DNA from: an uncultured Gemmatimonadales bacterium
Lineage (GTDB): Bacteria; Gemmatimonadota; Gemmatimonadetes; Gemmatimonadales; GWC2-71-9
DNA: 64,000 nt
NCBI GenBank assembly: GCA_963828735.1
Contig: CAWHFW010000005.1
Coordinates: forward strand, 576,001-640,000
Direction: 5' to 3'
The notes beneath the pieces were generated by a model. The model was not told the DNA's origin, made no database searches, and worked only from the letters and a program-made list of their open reading frames with translations. Position 1 is the stretch's first letter; each line of letters begins with the position of its first letter. A program made the translations under genes and the position numbers. Below are positions 51,307 to 61,519 of this stretch, in pieces.

Positions 51307-52258
51307 CATCGGCGGGACCAACCTGGTCGTCGGCAGCGTGGCCGAAGACGGGTCGCGCCTGCTCGCCGCCGCGAGCGAGCCGACGCACGCGGAGGCCGGC
51401 GCCAAGGACGTGCTCGAGCGGCTGGTCGGCCTGGCCGAGCGGGCCATCGTCGCGACGAAGCGCGAGGCGCCCGATGCGGAGATCCTGGGCGTGGGCGTCG
51501 GCGCCCCGGGACCGCTCGACACCAAGCGCGGCATCGTGCTGCTGACGCCCAACCTGGGCTGGGTGAATCTGCCGCTGCGCCAGATCATCCACGACCGGCT
51601 CAACATCCGCGCGGCGCTCGACAACGATGCCAACTGCGCCGTACTCGGCGAATGGTGGGTCGGGGCCGCGCGCGGCGCGCGGCAGGCCATCGGCATCACC
51701 ATCGGCACGGGCATCGGCGGCGGGCTCATCCTCGACGGCAAGCTGTACCACGGGGCGTCGGACGTCGCCGGCGAGATCGGGCACACGACGATCGATGTCG
51801 AGGGCCGTCGCTGCAAGTGCGGCAACTACGGCTGCCTCGAGGCGTACGCCTCGGGTCCCAACATCGCGCTGCGCGCGGTCGAGGAGATCGAGGCCGGCGC
51901 CGTGAGCCGGCTGCCCTCGCTCGTCAACGGAGACCTGTCGCTGGTCACGGCCCAGACCGTCTATCAGGCGGCCCATGACGGCGACGACCTCGCCCTCGAA
52001 GTCGTGAACGACACCGCCCGATTTCTCGGCGTCGGCATCGGCAACCTGCTCAACGTCTTCAATCCCGAAGTCGTGGTGGTGTGCGGCGGAGTGACCATGG
52101 CCGGCGACCACCTGTTCATCCCGCTGCGCCGCGAGGTCGCCCGGCGTGCGTTCAAGCCGGCCGTGGCCGCGTGCCGCATCGTGCCGGGTGAGCTCGCCGG
52201 CACGGCGGGCGTGTACGGGGCGGCCAAGGCGTTCCTGGACCAGACCCTCGGTGCCTAG
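51284..52258 (+). CDS. ROK family kinase (glucokinase-like)
   Basis: GIDIGGT, NDAN, GTGIGGG, GEIGH, CKCGNYGCLE. Confidence 0.93.
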   Translation: MRFVLGIDIGGTNLVVGSVAEDGSRLLAAASEPTHAEAGAKDVLERLVGLAERAIVATKREAPDAEILGVGVGAPGPLDTKRGIVLLTPNLGWVNLPLRQIIHDRLNIRAALDNDANCAVLGEWWVGAARGARQAIGITIGTGIGGGLILDGKLYHGASDVAGEIGHTTIDVEGRRCKCGNYGCLEAYASGPNIALRAVEEIEAGAVSRLPSLVNGDLSLVTAQTVYQAAHDGDDLALEVVNDTARFLGVGIGNLLNVFNPEVVVVCGGVTMAGDHLFIPLRREVARRAFKPAVAACRIVPGELAGTAGVYGAAKAFLDQTLGA

Positions 52259-53256
52259 AGGTCGGCGTCGTCGGCTCGCTCGTCTGGGACCTCATCCACG
52301 GCCGGGATCCGCTGGCGCCCCCGACCGAGGAATGGGGCGGGATCGCGTACGCGCTCGGCGGCCTCGACGCGAGCCTGCCGCCCGAGTGGGAGATCGTCCC
52401 GCTCATCAAGGTCGGTCGCGACCTCGCGCCGCAGGCGGCGGAGCTGCTGTCGGACCTGAAGCGGTTGGCGCCGGGCGCCCGCTGCGTCGAGGTCCCCGCG
52501 CCGAACAACCGGGTCGTGCTCCACTACGAGTCGGCCGAGCGGCGCTGCGAGCGGATGAGCGGCGGCGTGCCCGGCTGGACCTGGCTGGAGCTCGGGCCGA
52601 TGGTGATGGACCTCGACGCGATCTACCTCAATTTCATTTCCGGGTTCGAGCTCGCGCTGGGGACGGCCCAGGCGCTTCGGCAGGGATTTCACGGGCCGAT
52701 CTACGCCGACCTGCACAGCCTGTTCCTCGGCATGCATCACGACGGCATCCGCGTGCTCCAGCCGCTGGCCGAGCCTACCGCCTGGTTCGGCTGTTTCGAC
52801 GTGGTCCAGCTCAACGAGGACGAGATGCACCAGCTCTCGCCTGACCCGCTGTCGCTCTCGGTCGGTGCCCTCGGCGCCGGCACGTCCCTGCTGGTAGTAA
52901 CCCTCGGGCCGAAAGGCGCGGCGTACGTCGCCGCCCCGGGGTTCGACGGGTGGCGATCGAACGATCGGGTGGCCGTGCCCTCCCGCGAGCGGCTCATCCA
53001 ATCGACCGACCGTCTGACCGTCGGACGGTCCGCCCACCCCGTCCGCACCGCCCTCGTGCCCGCCCCGCGGATCGAGGCCCTCGATCCCACCGGCTGCGGC
53101 GACGTGTTCGGAGCGGCCGCCTGCGCTCGGCTCCTGGCCGGCGACAGCGTGGAGGCCGCGCTCGCCCACGCGACCGCGCTCGCCGCTCGCAATGCGGGGC
53201 TGCGCGGCGCCGGCGGGCTCGGCCGGCACCTTCGCGGCGAGCTCCTGGTTCCATGA
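52251..53256 (+). CDS. PfkB family carbohydrate kinase
   Basis: VGVVGSLVWD, WGG, QLNEDE, VTLGPKG, DPTGCGDVF. The likely GTG at 52251 is 1 nt out of frame. Confidence 0.8.
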
Positions 53257-54155
53257 CGCGCGTCGTCGAGGTCCCGGCCACGTTCGACGACCGCTCGTTC
53301 GAGCAGTTCGCCGCGGCCTTCGGCCAGTGGCCGCCGGACGAGAAGATCCTGTTCGATGCGCGGGGCGCCCAGTGGGCCTCGCCGTATGGTCTGCTCACCA
53401 TGCTGACGGCGGGCCAGGCGCTGGCGGAGGCGCGACGGGAGCGTCCGCTCTTCACCGTGCCCACGAGCGACGACGTGAAGCGGTATTGGGCGCGCGCCGG
53501 CTTCTTCAAGTACGCGGCCGAGCTGTTCGAGCTGCACGGGAAATTGCCGAAGGTGAGCGCCTCGGGGCCGTCGGACGTGCTGCTGGACGTGACGCCCGTT
53601 CGGGCCACCGAGGACGTGCACGAGGTCGTCGAGAAGATCTCCCAGGGCGCATCGCGCATTTTGCACGGCGAGCTCGGGCTCGAGATGAAGGCCACGCTCC
53701 GATTCAGTATGGCGCTTTCGGAGGCATGCCAGAATATTGTTGAGCACGCCGGCACCAGCGGCTGGGTCGCGGTGCAGGCGTACACCTTCCGGCGGCGGCT
53801 GGGCCGGCGGGTGGTCGTGATCGCGGTGAGCGATGCGGGGATCGGCTTCCGACGCTCGCTCGAGAGCACCCACGCCAAGCGGTTCGGTGACCGCTGGGGC
53901 GACGGCGCGGCGCTCGAAGCGGCGCTGATCCAGGGGGTGAGCCGCTTCCGCGATCCCGGCCGAGGGCAGGGCCTCGCCTTCATCAAGCGCTTTCTGGATC
54001 AGTGGAAGGGCAAGATCTCGATCCGGAGCGGCACGGCGCGCCTCGCGATCGTGCCGCCGTGGGACGAGGACGTCCCATTATCCGAACATCTCCCGTTCTT
54101 CCCCGGAGCCCAGGTGCAGATCATCATCCCCGCGCAGGACGACGAGGCCCGATGA
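53253..54155 (+). CDS. STAS-like plus RsbW-like HATPase protein
   Basis: ILFDARGAQWASP (STAS-like); SEACQNIVEHA, SDAGIG, GRGQGL. Confidence 0.75.
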   Translation: MTRVVEVPATFDDRSFEQFAAAFGQWPPDEKILFDARGAQWASPYGLLTMLTAGQALAEARRERPLFTVPTSDDVKRYWARAGFFKYAAELFELHGKLPKVSASGPSDVLLDVTPVRATEDVHEVVEKISQGASRILHGELGLEMKATLRFSMALSEACQNIVEHAGTSGWVAVQAYTFRRRLGRRVVVIAVSDAGIGFRRSLESTHAKRFGDRWGDGAALEAALIQGVSRFRDPGRGQGLAFIKRFLDQWKGKISIRSGTARLAIVPPWDEDVPLSEHLPFFPGAQVQIIIPAQDDEAR

Positions 54156-54697
54156 TCCAGACCATCCACATCGGTCACCTGCTGCGCGAGACGGTCGCGT
54201 CGCCCTACCGAAACCTCGTCACCCGCCCCACCGGGGCCGCCATCCGGAACCGGATCCAGGCCGTCATCGCGGACTCCGACTGCCTCACGGCTCTGCTCGA
54301 CTTCTCCGGCATCGAGCTCCTCGATTTCAGCTGCGCCGACGAGGTTGTGGCCAAGCTGCTGCTCGACGACGAGGAGCGCGGCAGCCGGTTCGTGGTTCTG
54401 AGCGGGCTGCGGGAGGACCAGCACGAGGCGATCGAGCACGTGCTCACCCATCATCGGCTCGCCGTGACCGCGGTGCCCGGCGGGGAGCATCCCGAGCCTC
54501 GCCTGCTGGGGTGGGTGACCGCCGACGCTCGCGCGGCCTTCGGTTTCGTGTGCGAGCGGGGCGCGCTGAATGCGGTCGAGCTCGCCTCCGCGCTCGGATG
54601 GCCTGCGGCCCGCGCGGAGGAGGCGCTCGAGGCGCTCGCGTTCCATCGCCTGGTGCTGACCGACGGGGACCGGTACCACCCGCTCCCGACCGGATGA
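54152..54697 (+). CDS. STAS-like (DUF4325-like) plus winged-helix protein
   Basis: TRPTGAAIR, LDFSGIELLDFSCADEVV; C-terminal ELASALGW...LEAL...LV. Confidence 0.7.
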   Translation: MIQTIHIGHLLRETVASPYRNLVTRPTGAAIRNRIQAVIADSDCLTALLDFSGIELLDFSCADEVVAKLLLDDEERGSRFVVLSGLREDQHEAIEHVLTHHRLAVTAVPGGEHPEPRLLGWVTADARAAFGFVCERGALNAVELASALGWPAARAEEALEALAFHRLVLTDGDRYHPLPTG

Positions 54698-55851
54698 GTC
54701 CGCGCCGCGCCGGACCCTCCACCACCGCCATCCACGGCGTTCCCCACCGGCGGCCGGACTGGTCCCCGATCGCGCCGGCCCTGCAGCAGAGCAGCACCTT
54801 CGTGTCCCCCGTCGGCAGCGACGAGGACATCCTCTACAGCCGCTACGGCAACAACCCCAACCAGGTCCAGCTGGCGAAGAAATACGCGCTGCTCGAGGGG
54901 GCCGAAGACGCGATCTTCCTGGCGAGCGGCATGGGGGCCACGGCGCTGGCGCACCTCGCGGTGCTCCGGCCCGGCGATCATCTCGTGAGCAGCAGCTGGA
55001 TCTACGGCGGCACCCAGCACCTCTTCGACGAGGAGCTCGGGCGACTCGGCATCGACATCACCTACGTCCGCCCGGACCAGCCGCGACTGTGGCGGAAATC
55101 GGTCCGGAAAGCCACCCGGGCCATCTTCATCGAGACGCCCACCAACCCGCTCATGCGGGTGGTCGACCTGGGGCCGGTGGCGCACGTGGCCCGGGAGTTC
55201 GGCCTGGCGCTGCTGGTGGATGCCACCTTCGCGAGTCCGATCAACTTCCGGCCGCTGGAGCACGGCGCCGACATCGCCATCACGAGCGCGACCAAGTACC
55301 TCAACGGTCACAGCGACGTGATCGCCGGCGCGGTGGCCGGCTCGACCGCGTTCGTGGAAGAGGTCAACCGGCTCATGCGCCTCTGGGGCCAGGCCATTGA
55401 TCCGCACGCGGCATGGCTGGTCGACCGCGGGATGCGGACGCTGGCGCTTCGCATGGCACGGCACAACACGAACGGCGCCGCGGTCGCGGAGTGGGCCGAG
55501 GCGCACCCGGGTATCGCGCGAGTGCACTACCCCGGCCTCGCCTCGCATCCCGATCACGCCCTCGCCGCGGCGGTGCTCGACGGGTTCGGTGGCATGGTCG
55601 GCCTCGAGCTGGCCGGCGGCCCCAAGGCGGCCGAGCGGATGCTCAAGCGGCTCAAGCTGGTCGCCCACGCGCCCAGCCTCGCCGGGGTCGAAACGCTGGT
55701 GAGCGAGCCCCGGTACACCTCCCACAAGGGTATCTCGGCCGAGGATCGCGCCGCGCTCGGCATTCCCGATGGATTCCTCCGGCTGAGCTGCGGCATCGAG
55801 GACGTCGACGACATCATCGCGGATCTGGGGCAGGCGCTGGAGAAGTCGTAA
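54694..55851 (+). CDS. Cys/Met metabolism PLP enzyme (cystathionine/methionine lyase family)
   Basis: YSRYGNNP, SGM, ETPTNP, SATKYLNGHSD, SLAGVETL, LRLSCGIE. Confidence 0.93.
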   Translation: MSPRRAGPSTTAIHGVPHRRPDWSPIAPALQQSSTFVSPVGSDEDILYSRYGNNPNQVQLAKKYALLEGAEDAIFLASGMGATALAHLAVLRPGDHLVSSSWIYGGTQHLFDEELGRLGIDITYVRPDQPRLWRKSVRKATRAIFIETPTNPLMRVVDLGPVAHVAREFGLALLVDATFASPINFRPLEHGADIAITSATKYLNGHSDVIAGAVAGSTAFVEEVNRLMRLWGQAIDPHAAWLVDRGMRTLALRMARHNTNGAAVAEWAEAHPGIARVHYPGLASHPDHALAAAVLDGFGGMVGLELAGGPKAAERMLKRLKLVAHAPSLAGVETLVSEPRYTSHKGISAEDRAALGIPDGFLRLSCGIEDVDDIIADLGQALEKS

Positions 55852-55902
55852 TTCGCGCGGTCGTCGCTTCTCCCCGCAAACCCGCCCTTTTACTTTCCGA
55901 CC

Positions 55903-56595
55903 GTGATCTCCCTCTCCCACGTCTACAAGAACTATCCGAACGGTGCGCTGGCCCTGAAGGACGTCTCCTTCCGGATCGGCCGCGGCGAGTTCGTCTTCCT
56001 CACCGGGCACTCGGGCGCCGGCAAGTCCACCATCATGAAGCTGCTCTTCGCCGAGCAGCGGCCGACGAGCGGCGAGGTGCGCGTCTCCGGCTACGATGTG
56101 AGCGCGCTCCGCACCGACGAGGTGCCCAAGCTGCGCCGGCGGCTAGGGGTCGTGTTTCAGGATTTCCGGCTGCTCGAGGATCGCACCGCGGCGGAGAACA
56201 TCGCGTTCGCGCTCGAGGTGACGGGCGCGCGGGGTGACACCATCGAGGCCCGGGTCATGCGCGTCCTGACGCAGGTGGGGCTCACGGCCAAGAGCCGCGC
56301 GTACCCGCGAGAGCTCTCGGGCGGGGAGCAGCAGCGCGTCGCGATCGCGCGCGCCCTGGTCAACGATCCGGCGATTCTCGTCGCGGACGAGCCCACCGGC
56401 AACCTCGACGAGCGGGCCACGCGGGGAGTCTTCCAGCTCCTGCGCGACATCAACGCCGGCGGGACCGTGGTCGTCATGGCCACCCACGATCTCGACCTGG
56501 TCCGCCAGGCGAGCTATCGCACGATCGAGATGCGCGACGGTGGCGTCGTCTTCGACAGCGCGGTGGACGAGGACGACCGGGAGACCGCCACGTGA
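55903..56595 (+). CDS. ftsE: Cell division ATP-binding protein FtsE
   Basis: GHSGAGKST, VFQDFRLL, LSGGEQQR; upstream of ftsX. Confidence 0.95.
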   Translation: MISLSHVYKNYPNGALALKDVSFRIGRGEFVFLTGHSGAGKSTIMKLLFAEQRPTSGEVRVSGYDVSALRTDEVPKLRRRLGVVFQDFRLLEDRTAAENIAFALEVTGARGDTIEARVMRVLTQVGLTAKSRAYPRELSGGEQQRVAIARALVNDPAILVADEPTGNLDERATRGVFQLLRDINAGGTVVVMATHDLDLVRQASYRTIEMRDGGVVFDSAVDEDDRETAT

Positions 56596-57461
56596 GTCTG
56601 CTCACGCGTGAGGCCGTGCTGTCGTTCCGGCGCGCGCCGCTCCTCTCCACCCTGTCGATCACGACGATCGCCTTCTCCCTGTTCACCCTCGGACTCTTCG
56701 GGCTGGTGGCCATCAACCTGCGGCAGGCGCTGCAGGGCCTCGAGGAACGAGTGGAGATCGTCGCGTTCACGCTGCGCGGGACCCCCGCCGAGACGATCAC
56801 GCTGGCCACCCAGGACATCGCGGCGTTTCCCGAGGTGCAGGAAGTCACCTACGTGACCGAGGAGCAGGCGCTGGCCCGCGCCCGGCGCGAGCTGGTGGAG
56901 TTCCGCGACGCCTACCGCGACCTGCAGGTGAACCCGCTGCCCGCCTCGATCGAGGTGCGGCTCAAACCGGGCAACCGGGATGCCGCCACCGTCGAACGGG
57001 TGGCGCAGCGCCTCCGTGGCTTCGGATTCGTCAACGATGTCCGCTTCGGCCGGGAATGGGTGCAGAAGCTCGATCACCTGCGGAACATCACCGGCATCGT
57101 GGGCCTCGTGATCGGGCTCGCGTTCGCCGCGGTCGCGGTGGTGATCATCGGGGTCACGATCCGGCTGACACTGCTGCAGCGCGCACGGGAGATCTCGATC
57201 ATGCGCCTGGTGGGCGCGACCAACTGGTTCATCCGCGGCCCGTTCCTCCTCGAGGGCGCGCTCAAGGGCCTGCTCGGCGGGCTGCTCTCGCTGGTCCTGT
57301 GCTACGCCGGCTACCTCCTCTTCCGAGACCGGAGCGGCGGCACGTTCGCCGGGCTCATCTTCTTCCAGCCCTACCAGATGGTGGCCATCGTGGTGTTCGG
57401 GGTGCTGCTCGGGCTGAGCGGAAGCCTGGTGAGCGTGGGGAGGCACCTCAGGCATGTGTAG
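56592..57461 (+). CDS. ftsX: Cell division permease FtsX
   Basis: NPLPASIEV, EISIMRLVGATNWFIRGPFLLEG. Confidence 0.95.
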   Translation: MSLLTREAVLSFRRAPLLSTLSITTIAFSLFTLGLFGLVAINLRQALQGLEERVEIVAFTLRGTPAETITLATQDIAAFPEVQEVTYVTEEQALARARRELVEFRDAYRDLQVNPLPASIEVRLKPGNRDAATVERVAQRLRGFGFVNDVRFGREWVQKLDHLRNITGIVGLVIGLAFAAVAVVIIGVTIRLTLLQRAREISIMRLVGATNWFIRGPFLLEGALKGLLGGLLSLVLCYAGYLLFRDRSGGTFAGLIFFQPYQMVAIVVFGVLLGLSGSLVSVGRHLRHV

Positions 57462-58641
57462 AGGGGAACCCCTGTTCCTCCTCCTGCTTCTCTCGCTCGT
57501 GATCGCGGCTCCCCTCCGTGCTCAGGACACCACCATTCAGGCCAGCCGACGGCGGCTCCAGGAAATCCGTCGCGAGCGGGACCGGCTCGAGGAGCAGCAG
57601 CAGCGGCTCCAGGGGCAGGTCCACGATGTGAATGACGAGCTGAGCAATCTCGAGCGGCAGCGCGAATCCACGCAACGGATCATGAACGAGATCGAGCGGC
57701 AGATCGGTGGCCTGTCGAGCGAGCTCGATCGGTCGAGCGCCGAGCTGATACTGGCCGAGGACAATCTCGCCGAGCGGCGCGCGGTGCTGGACCGCCGGCT
57801 CGTCGACATCTACAAGCGCGGAACGCTCTACACCTTTCAGGCGCTGATGGCCGCCGAGTCGTTCGGGGACCTGCTCAGCCGCTACAAGTACCTCTTTCTC
57901 ACGAGCCAGCAGGACCGCGCGCTGGTGACCGACGTCGAGCTGCTCCGGGGCCGCGTCGTCGCCGAGCGGGACAACATCCTCGACGTGCGCGGCCAGCTCG
58001 ACCGCTCGCGCCAGGAGCGCGAGGCGGAGTACGCCAAGTACACGGAGCTGGCGCAGGCTCGCGAGCGCAGGCTGGAGCAGCTGCGGCGCTCGGCGCGGAG
58101 CACCGAGCGACGGCTCTCGGCGCTGCAGAAGGACGAGGCCCGCCTGAACGGCCTTCTCGCGGCGCTCGAGCGCGCCCGGCGGGAGGAGCTGGCCCGTGGC
58201 TCGCTTCGCGGTACGGTGGCCGGCCCCGGCTCGATCACCACCGCCAGCCTCGGCAAGCTCGACTGGCCGGTCGAGGGCACCATCGTCTACCGGTTCGGCC
58301 GGGACACGCTGCCGAGCGGCGGCATCATCCGGTGGAACGGCATCGGCATCGCGGCGCAGGTCGGCACGCCCGTGCATGCGGTGGCGGCGGGAAAGGTCCG
58401 GCTGGTGGGACAGTTCGGCACCTACGGACTCACGGTCGTCCTGGAGCACGGCAACGGCTACTACTCGGTGTACTCCCATCTGGAGTCGGCCGCGGTCAAG
58501 CTCGGCGCCTCGATCACGAAGGGGGCGCTGATCGGGAGCGTGGGCGGTGAGAACTCCGAGTACGGGCCGCACCTCCATTTCGAGATCCGCGGCGACAACC
58601 AGGTCGCGCTCGATCCCACGACCTGGCTCCGGAGGCGTTGA
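57454..58641 (+). CDS. envC: EnvC-like murein hydrolase activator (coiled coil plus M23)
   Basis: Coiled coil, WPVEG, WNGIGI, HLHFEIR; follows ftsEX. Confidence 0.85.
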   Translation: MCRGEPLFLLLLLSLVIAAPLRAQDTTIQASRRRLQEIRRERDRLEEQQQRLQGQVHDVNDELSNLERQRESTQRIMNEIERQIGGLSSELDRSSAELILAEDNLAERRAVLDRRLVDIYKRGTLYTFQALMAAESFGDLLSRYKYLFLTSQQDRALVTDVELLRGRVVAERDNILDVRGQLDRSRQEREAEYAKYTELAQARERRLEQLRRSARSTERRLSALQKDEARLNGLLAALERARREELARGSLRGTVAGPGSITTASLGKLDWPVEGTIVYRFGRDTLPSGGIIRWNGIGIAAQVGTPVHAVAAGKVRLVGQFGTYGLTVVLEHGNGYYSVYSHLESAAVKLGASITKGALIGSVGGENSEYGPHLHFEIRGDNQVALDPTTWLRRR

Positions 58642-58704
58642 TCCGGCGCACGGGTCCGCAGCGTCATGCGACTCGTCGCACCGGACGATCGCTGGACGGT
58701 CGGC

Positions 58705-59988
58705 TCAATCCGCCACGCCGATGCGCTCGCCGCTCTGCGCCCGGCCGCGGAGCAGCGCCGCCTCGACCAGCGCGAAGAGGTCGTCCGGCACGGTGACGGC
58801 TGGGTGAGGATACGCGACGATTCCCGCACTCGTCCCATCGAGATGTTTCCGCAGCCGGAGCACCGACCGCCGCGCCCCGTCCGCGTCGGTCTCGGGAAGG
58901 ACGACCGCGACCTCGGCGTCGCCGTAGGGCGACACGAAATCCGGCAGCCGGAGCTCGCGCCTGACGTAGCCGGTCGCCTCGCGTCTCCGCCGCTCACGTG
59001 CCTCGAAGTCGGTGGGATCCTCGTCGGGTGGCGTCTCCACATCGAGCAGGACGAAGCTGAAGCCGAGCGAATAGCGCCGCGCGCGCTCGAGCTCTTCCTG
59101 GAGACGCCGATCGAGCGCCGGGTCCGTGGACGATGTCGTGTGGCCGCCGCTCCGGCCGCGGCCGGCCTCGAGCGCTCGCGCCGCCGCCTCGGCGAGGCTC
59201 GCCGCGAGACCGAGCTGCCTGGCGCTCAGGGCCGGGGCGGTATCTTGTCCCCGGAGGAGCAGGACGCCGCTCACCTCGTCGTCCACCACGACCGGCAGGA
59301 TTGTCGTGGCCGCTCCCGCGCCCGTGTGCGTTTCCGTGAGAGCGAGCGCCCGGCGGCTCCGGATCGCCTCCGCGATCTCGGGATAGCGATCCAGGTCCAG
59401 GTGCGACGTCTCGGGCTGCCCGTCGCCCGGGTGGGCGAGCACGCGGCCGTGGTCCTCCCCGGGGCGCGTGACCACGAAGGAGCATTGCGCGAGCGCGAGG
59501 GCCCGTCCGAGGCGGCGCACCAGTGCCAGCGCGATCTCGTCGGGCTGGAGTGGTGAGCGCGCCTCCTCGACCAGGTCGCGAAGGCTGTCCCGGATACGAG
59601 CCTCGTACGGCGTTCGGAACGGGGCCTGACGGTCGCGAATGCGCGCCACGAGCCGAGCGCAGAGGTCCGGGAGGTGGACCGGAGCCGCGAGCGCGTCGGC
59701 GGCCCCGAGCGCGAGCGCCGCGGCCACACCATCGCGGTCCTCCGCTGCGAACACGATTATCCTTGGCGGCTCCGCGCCGGCGGCGGCGAGAACCTGGCTG
59801 AGGCGTTCGGGATCGGCGGTGGGGAGTGTAGTGACGATGGCGTCCGGAACCGGCTCGTGCGGGCCGTTCGTCCCCTCGTCCAGCTGAAACCCAGCCCGGG
59901 TCAGCGCACGCTCGAGCCCCTCGGGCCGCGCCGCGGCGTCGCCCGTCAGGACGAGACGAGGCCGCGCGAGCGAGTCGCCGCCGGTCAC
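58705..59988 (-). CDS. Degenerate REC-GAF-GGDEF protein
   Basis: ALALGAADAL..P (REC-like), LDRYPEI (GAF), EELERARRY...YGDAEVAVVLPET. Start is uncertain. Confidence 0.75.
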   Translation of the reverse strand: MTGGDSLARPRLVLTGDAAARPEGLERALTRAGFQLDEGTNGPHEPVPDAIVTTLPTADPERLSQVLAAAGAEPPRIIVFAAEDRDGVAAALALGAADALAAPVHLPDLCARLVARIRDRQAPFRTPYEARIRDSLRDLVEEARSPLQPDEIALALVRRLGRALALAQCSFVVTRPGEDHGRVLAHPGDGQPETSHLDLDRYPEIAEAIRSRRALALTETHTGAGAATTILPVVVDDEVSGVLLLRGQDTAPALSARQLGLAASLAEAAARALEAGRGRSGGHTTSSTDPALDRRLQEELERARRYSLGFSFVLLDVETPPDEDPTDFEARERRRREATGYVRRELRLPDFVSPYGDAEVAVVLPETDADGARRSVLRLRKHLDGTSAGIVAYPHPAVTVPDDLFALVEAALLRGRAQSGERIGVAD

Positions 59989-60005
59989 AGGATCACGAGG
60001 GCTGA

Positions 60006-60881
60006 ATGGGTCAACGAACGCCGTCCGAACTGCTGGGCGCGCACGTCTCAACCCAAGGGGGCGTGTGGACTGCCCCCGGCCGCGGCACGGCCATCGGGGC
60101 CTCCGCTGTTCAGATTTTCACCAAGACTCCCAACCAGTGGCGGGAGCCGGTCATCGAGAGCGACACCGCTGACGCCTTCCGTCGCGAACTCGCGCGCAGC
60201 GGCATCGCCCGTATAGTGGCGCATGATTCCTACCTAATCAACCTCGCGTCGCCGGAGCGCACGCTGCGCGCGCGCTCCGAGGCATCGTTCGGCGCGGAGC
60301 TCGAGCGGTGCGCGCGCCTCGGCATTCCGTACGTCGTCTCCCATCCCGGCAACTACATCGACGACCGCGCGTCCGGCCTGGCACGGAACGCGGAGTCGTA
60401 CACCCGATGCCTCGAAGCCGTTCAGGGCGTGGGCGTCCTGATCGAGACTACGGCTGGGACCGGCTCGTGCCTAGGGAGCACCTTCGAAGAGCTCGCCGCC
60501 CTGCGCGAGGCGATCGGCGGACGGGTGCGCCGGCGCGTCGCCTTCTGCGCCGACACGTGCCACCTCTATTCCGCGGGGTACGACCTGGTGAAGGACTTCG
60601 ACGGCGTGTGGGACCGATGGGACGCGGTCATCGGACTGGCGCACCTCAAGGTGCTTCACCTCAATGATTCCAAGACGCCGTTCCATTCGCGCCGCGACCG
60701 GCACGAGCTCATCGGCGAGGGCTCGCTCGGCCCCGAGCCGTTCCGGCGGATCATGCGGGACCCGCGCTTCGCCGGCGTCATGAAGATCCTCGAGACGCCG
60801 AAAGGCGACGACGAGTTCACCCATGACCGTCGCATGCTGCGACGTCTGCGCGCCTATGCGCGCGTTCGACCGGCGCGTTGA
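60006..60881 (+). CDS. nfo: Endonuclease IV
   Basis: LGAHVS, HDSYLINLAS, HPG, DTCH, HLNDSK, DRH, LETP. Confidence 0.95.
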   Translation: MGQRTPSELLGAHVSTQGGVWTAPGRGTAIGASAVQIFTKTPNQWREPVIESDTADAFRRELARSGIARIVAHDSYLINLASPERTLRARSEASFGAELERCARLGIPYVVSHPGNYIDDRASGLARNAESYTRCLEAVQGVGVLIETTAGTGSCLGSTFEELAALREAIGGRVRRRVAFCADTCHLYSAGYDLVKDFDGVWDRWDAVIGLAHLKVLHLNDSKTPFHSRRDRHELIGEGSLGPEPFRRIMRDPRFAGVMKILETPKGDDEFTHDRRMLRRLRAYARVRPAR

Positions 60882-60913
60882 CCGCGCGCATGGCCGTCGG
60901 CATCTTCCCCCCC

Positions 60914-61519
60914 ATGCGAAAGCCAATCCTGTTGCTGGCCCTGCTGTTTCCGGCCGGCGTCTCGAGCCTTCGGGCCCAGACGGAGTTCTATGCCCGCCTT
61001 GGCGCGGTCGGTTCGACCAACCTGCTGCGCGACGTGATCGTGAACGAGGTCACGGTGCGACAGTCGATCGCCCCGATGCTCGCGCTCGGTGGGTCGCTCC
61101 CGATCGGTACGGGCGGCTACCGAGTGGGCCTCGAAGGGACCTTCGCGTCGGGGAAGTTCCACAGCACCGAGGACGGCAACGACACCGATCTCGGCACGCT
61201 CCGGACCGGCAGCCTGATGCTGCAGCTCGAGGGTCCGCTCCACCAGGCCTTTCGCTGGCGCGTGGGGCTCGGCGCGTTGCAGTACTGGCCCGATGAGAAG
61301 GAAGGCATCTTCGCGCTCGGGGGTGACACCCGCTTCCTGGCCGGCGCCGGAATCGATTACCGCAAGCAGGTAATGACCAAGTGGGACCTCATGACGTCGT
61401 TGCGCTACGACTTTCACCGCTTCACCACCGACGAGCTCAAGCGGCGCGGCTTCTCGCAGACCCAGGACGTGAGCCGGGTGTCGCTCTCGATTGGGCTGAG
61501 CCGGAGACCCAGCCAATGA
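60914..61519 (+). CDS. Outer-membrane beta-barrel protein
   Basis: Signal peptide followed by alternating amphipathic strands. Confidence 0.7.
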   Translation: MRKPILLLALLFPAGVSSLRAQTEFYARLGAVGSTNLLRDVIVNEVTVRQSIAPMLALGGSLPIGTGGYRVGLEGTFASGKFHSTEDGNDTDLGTLRTGSLMLQLEGPLHQAFRWRVGLGALQYWPDEKEGIFALGGDTRFLAGAGIDYRKQVMTKWDLMTSLRYDFHRFTTDELKRRGFSQTQDVSRVSLSIGLSRRPSQ

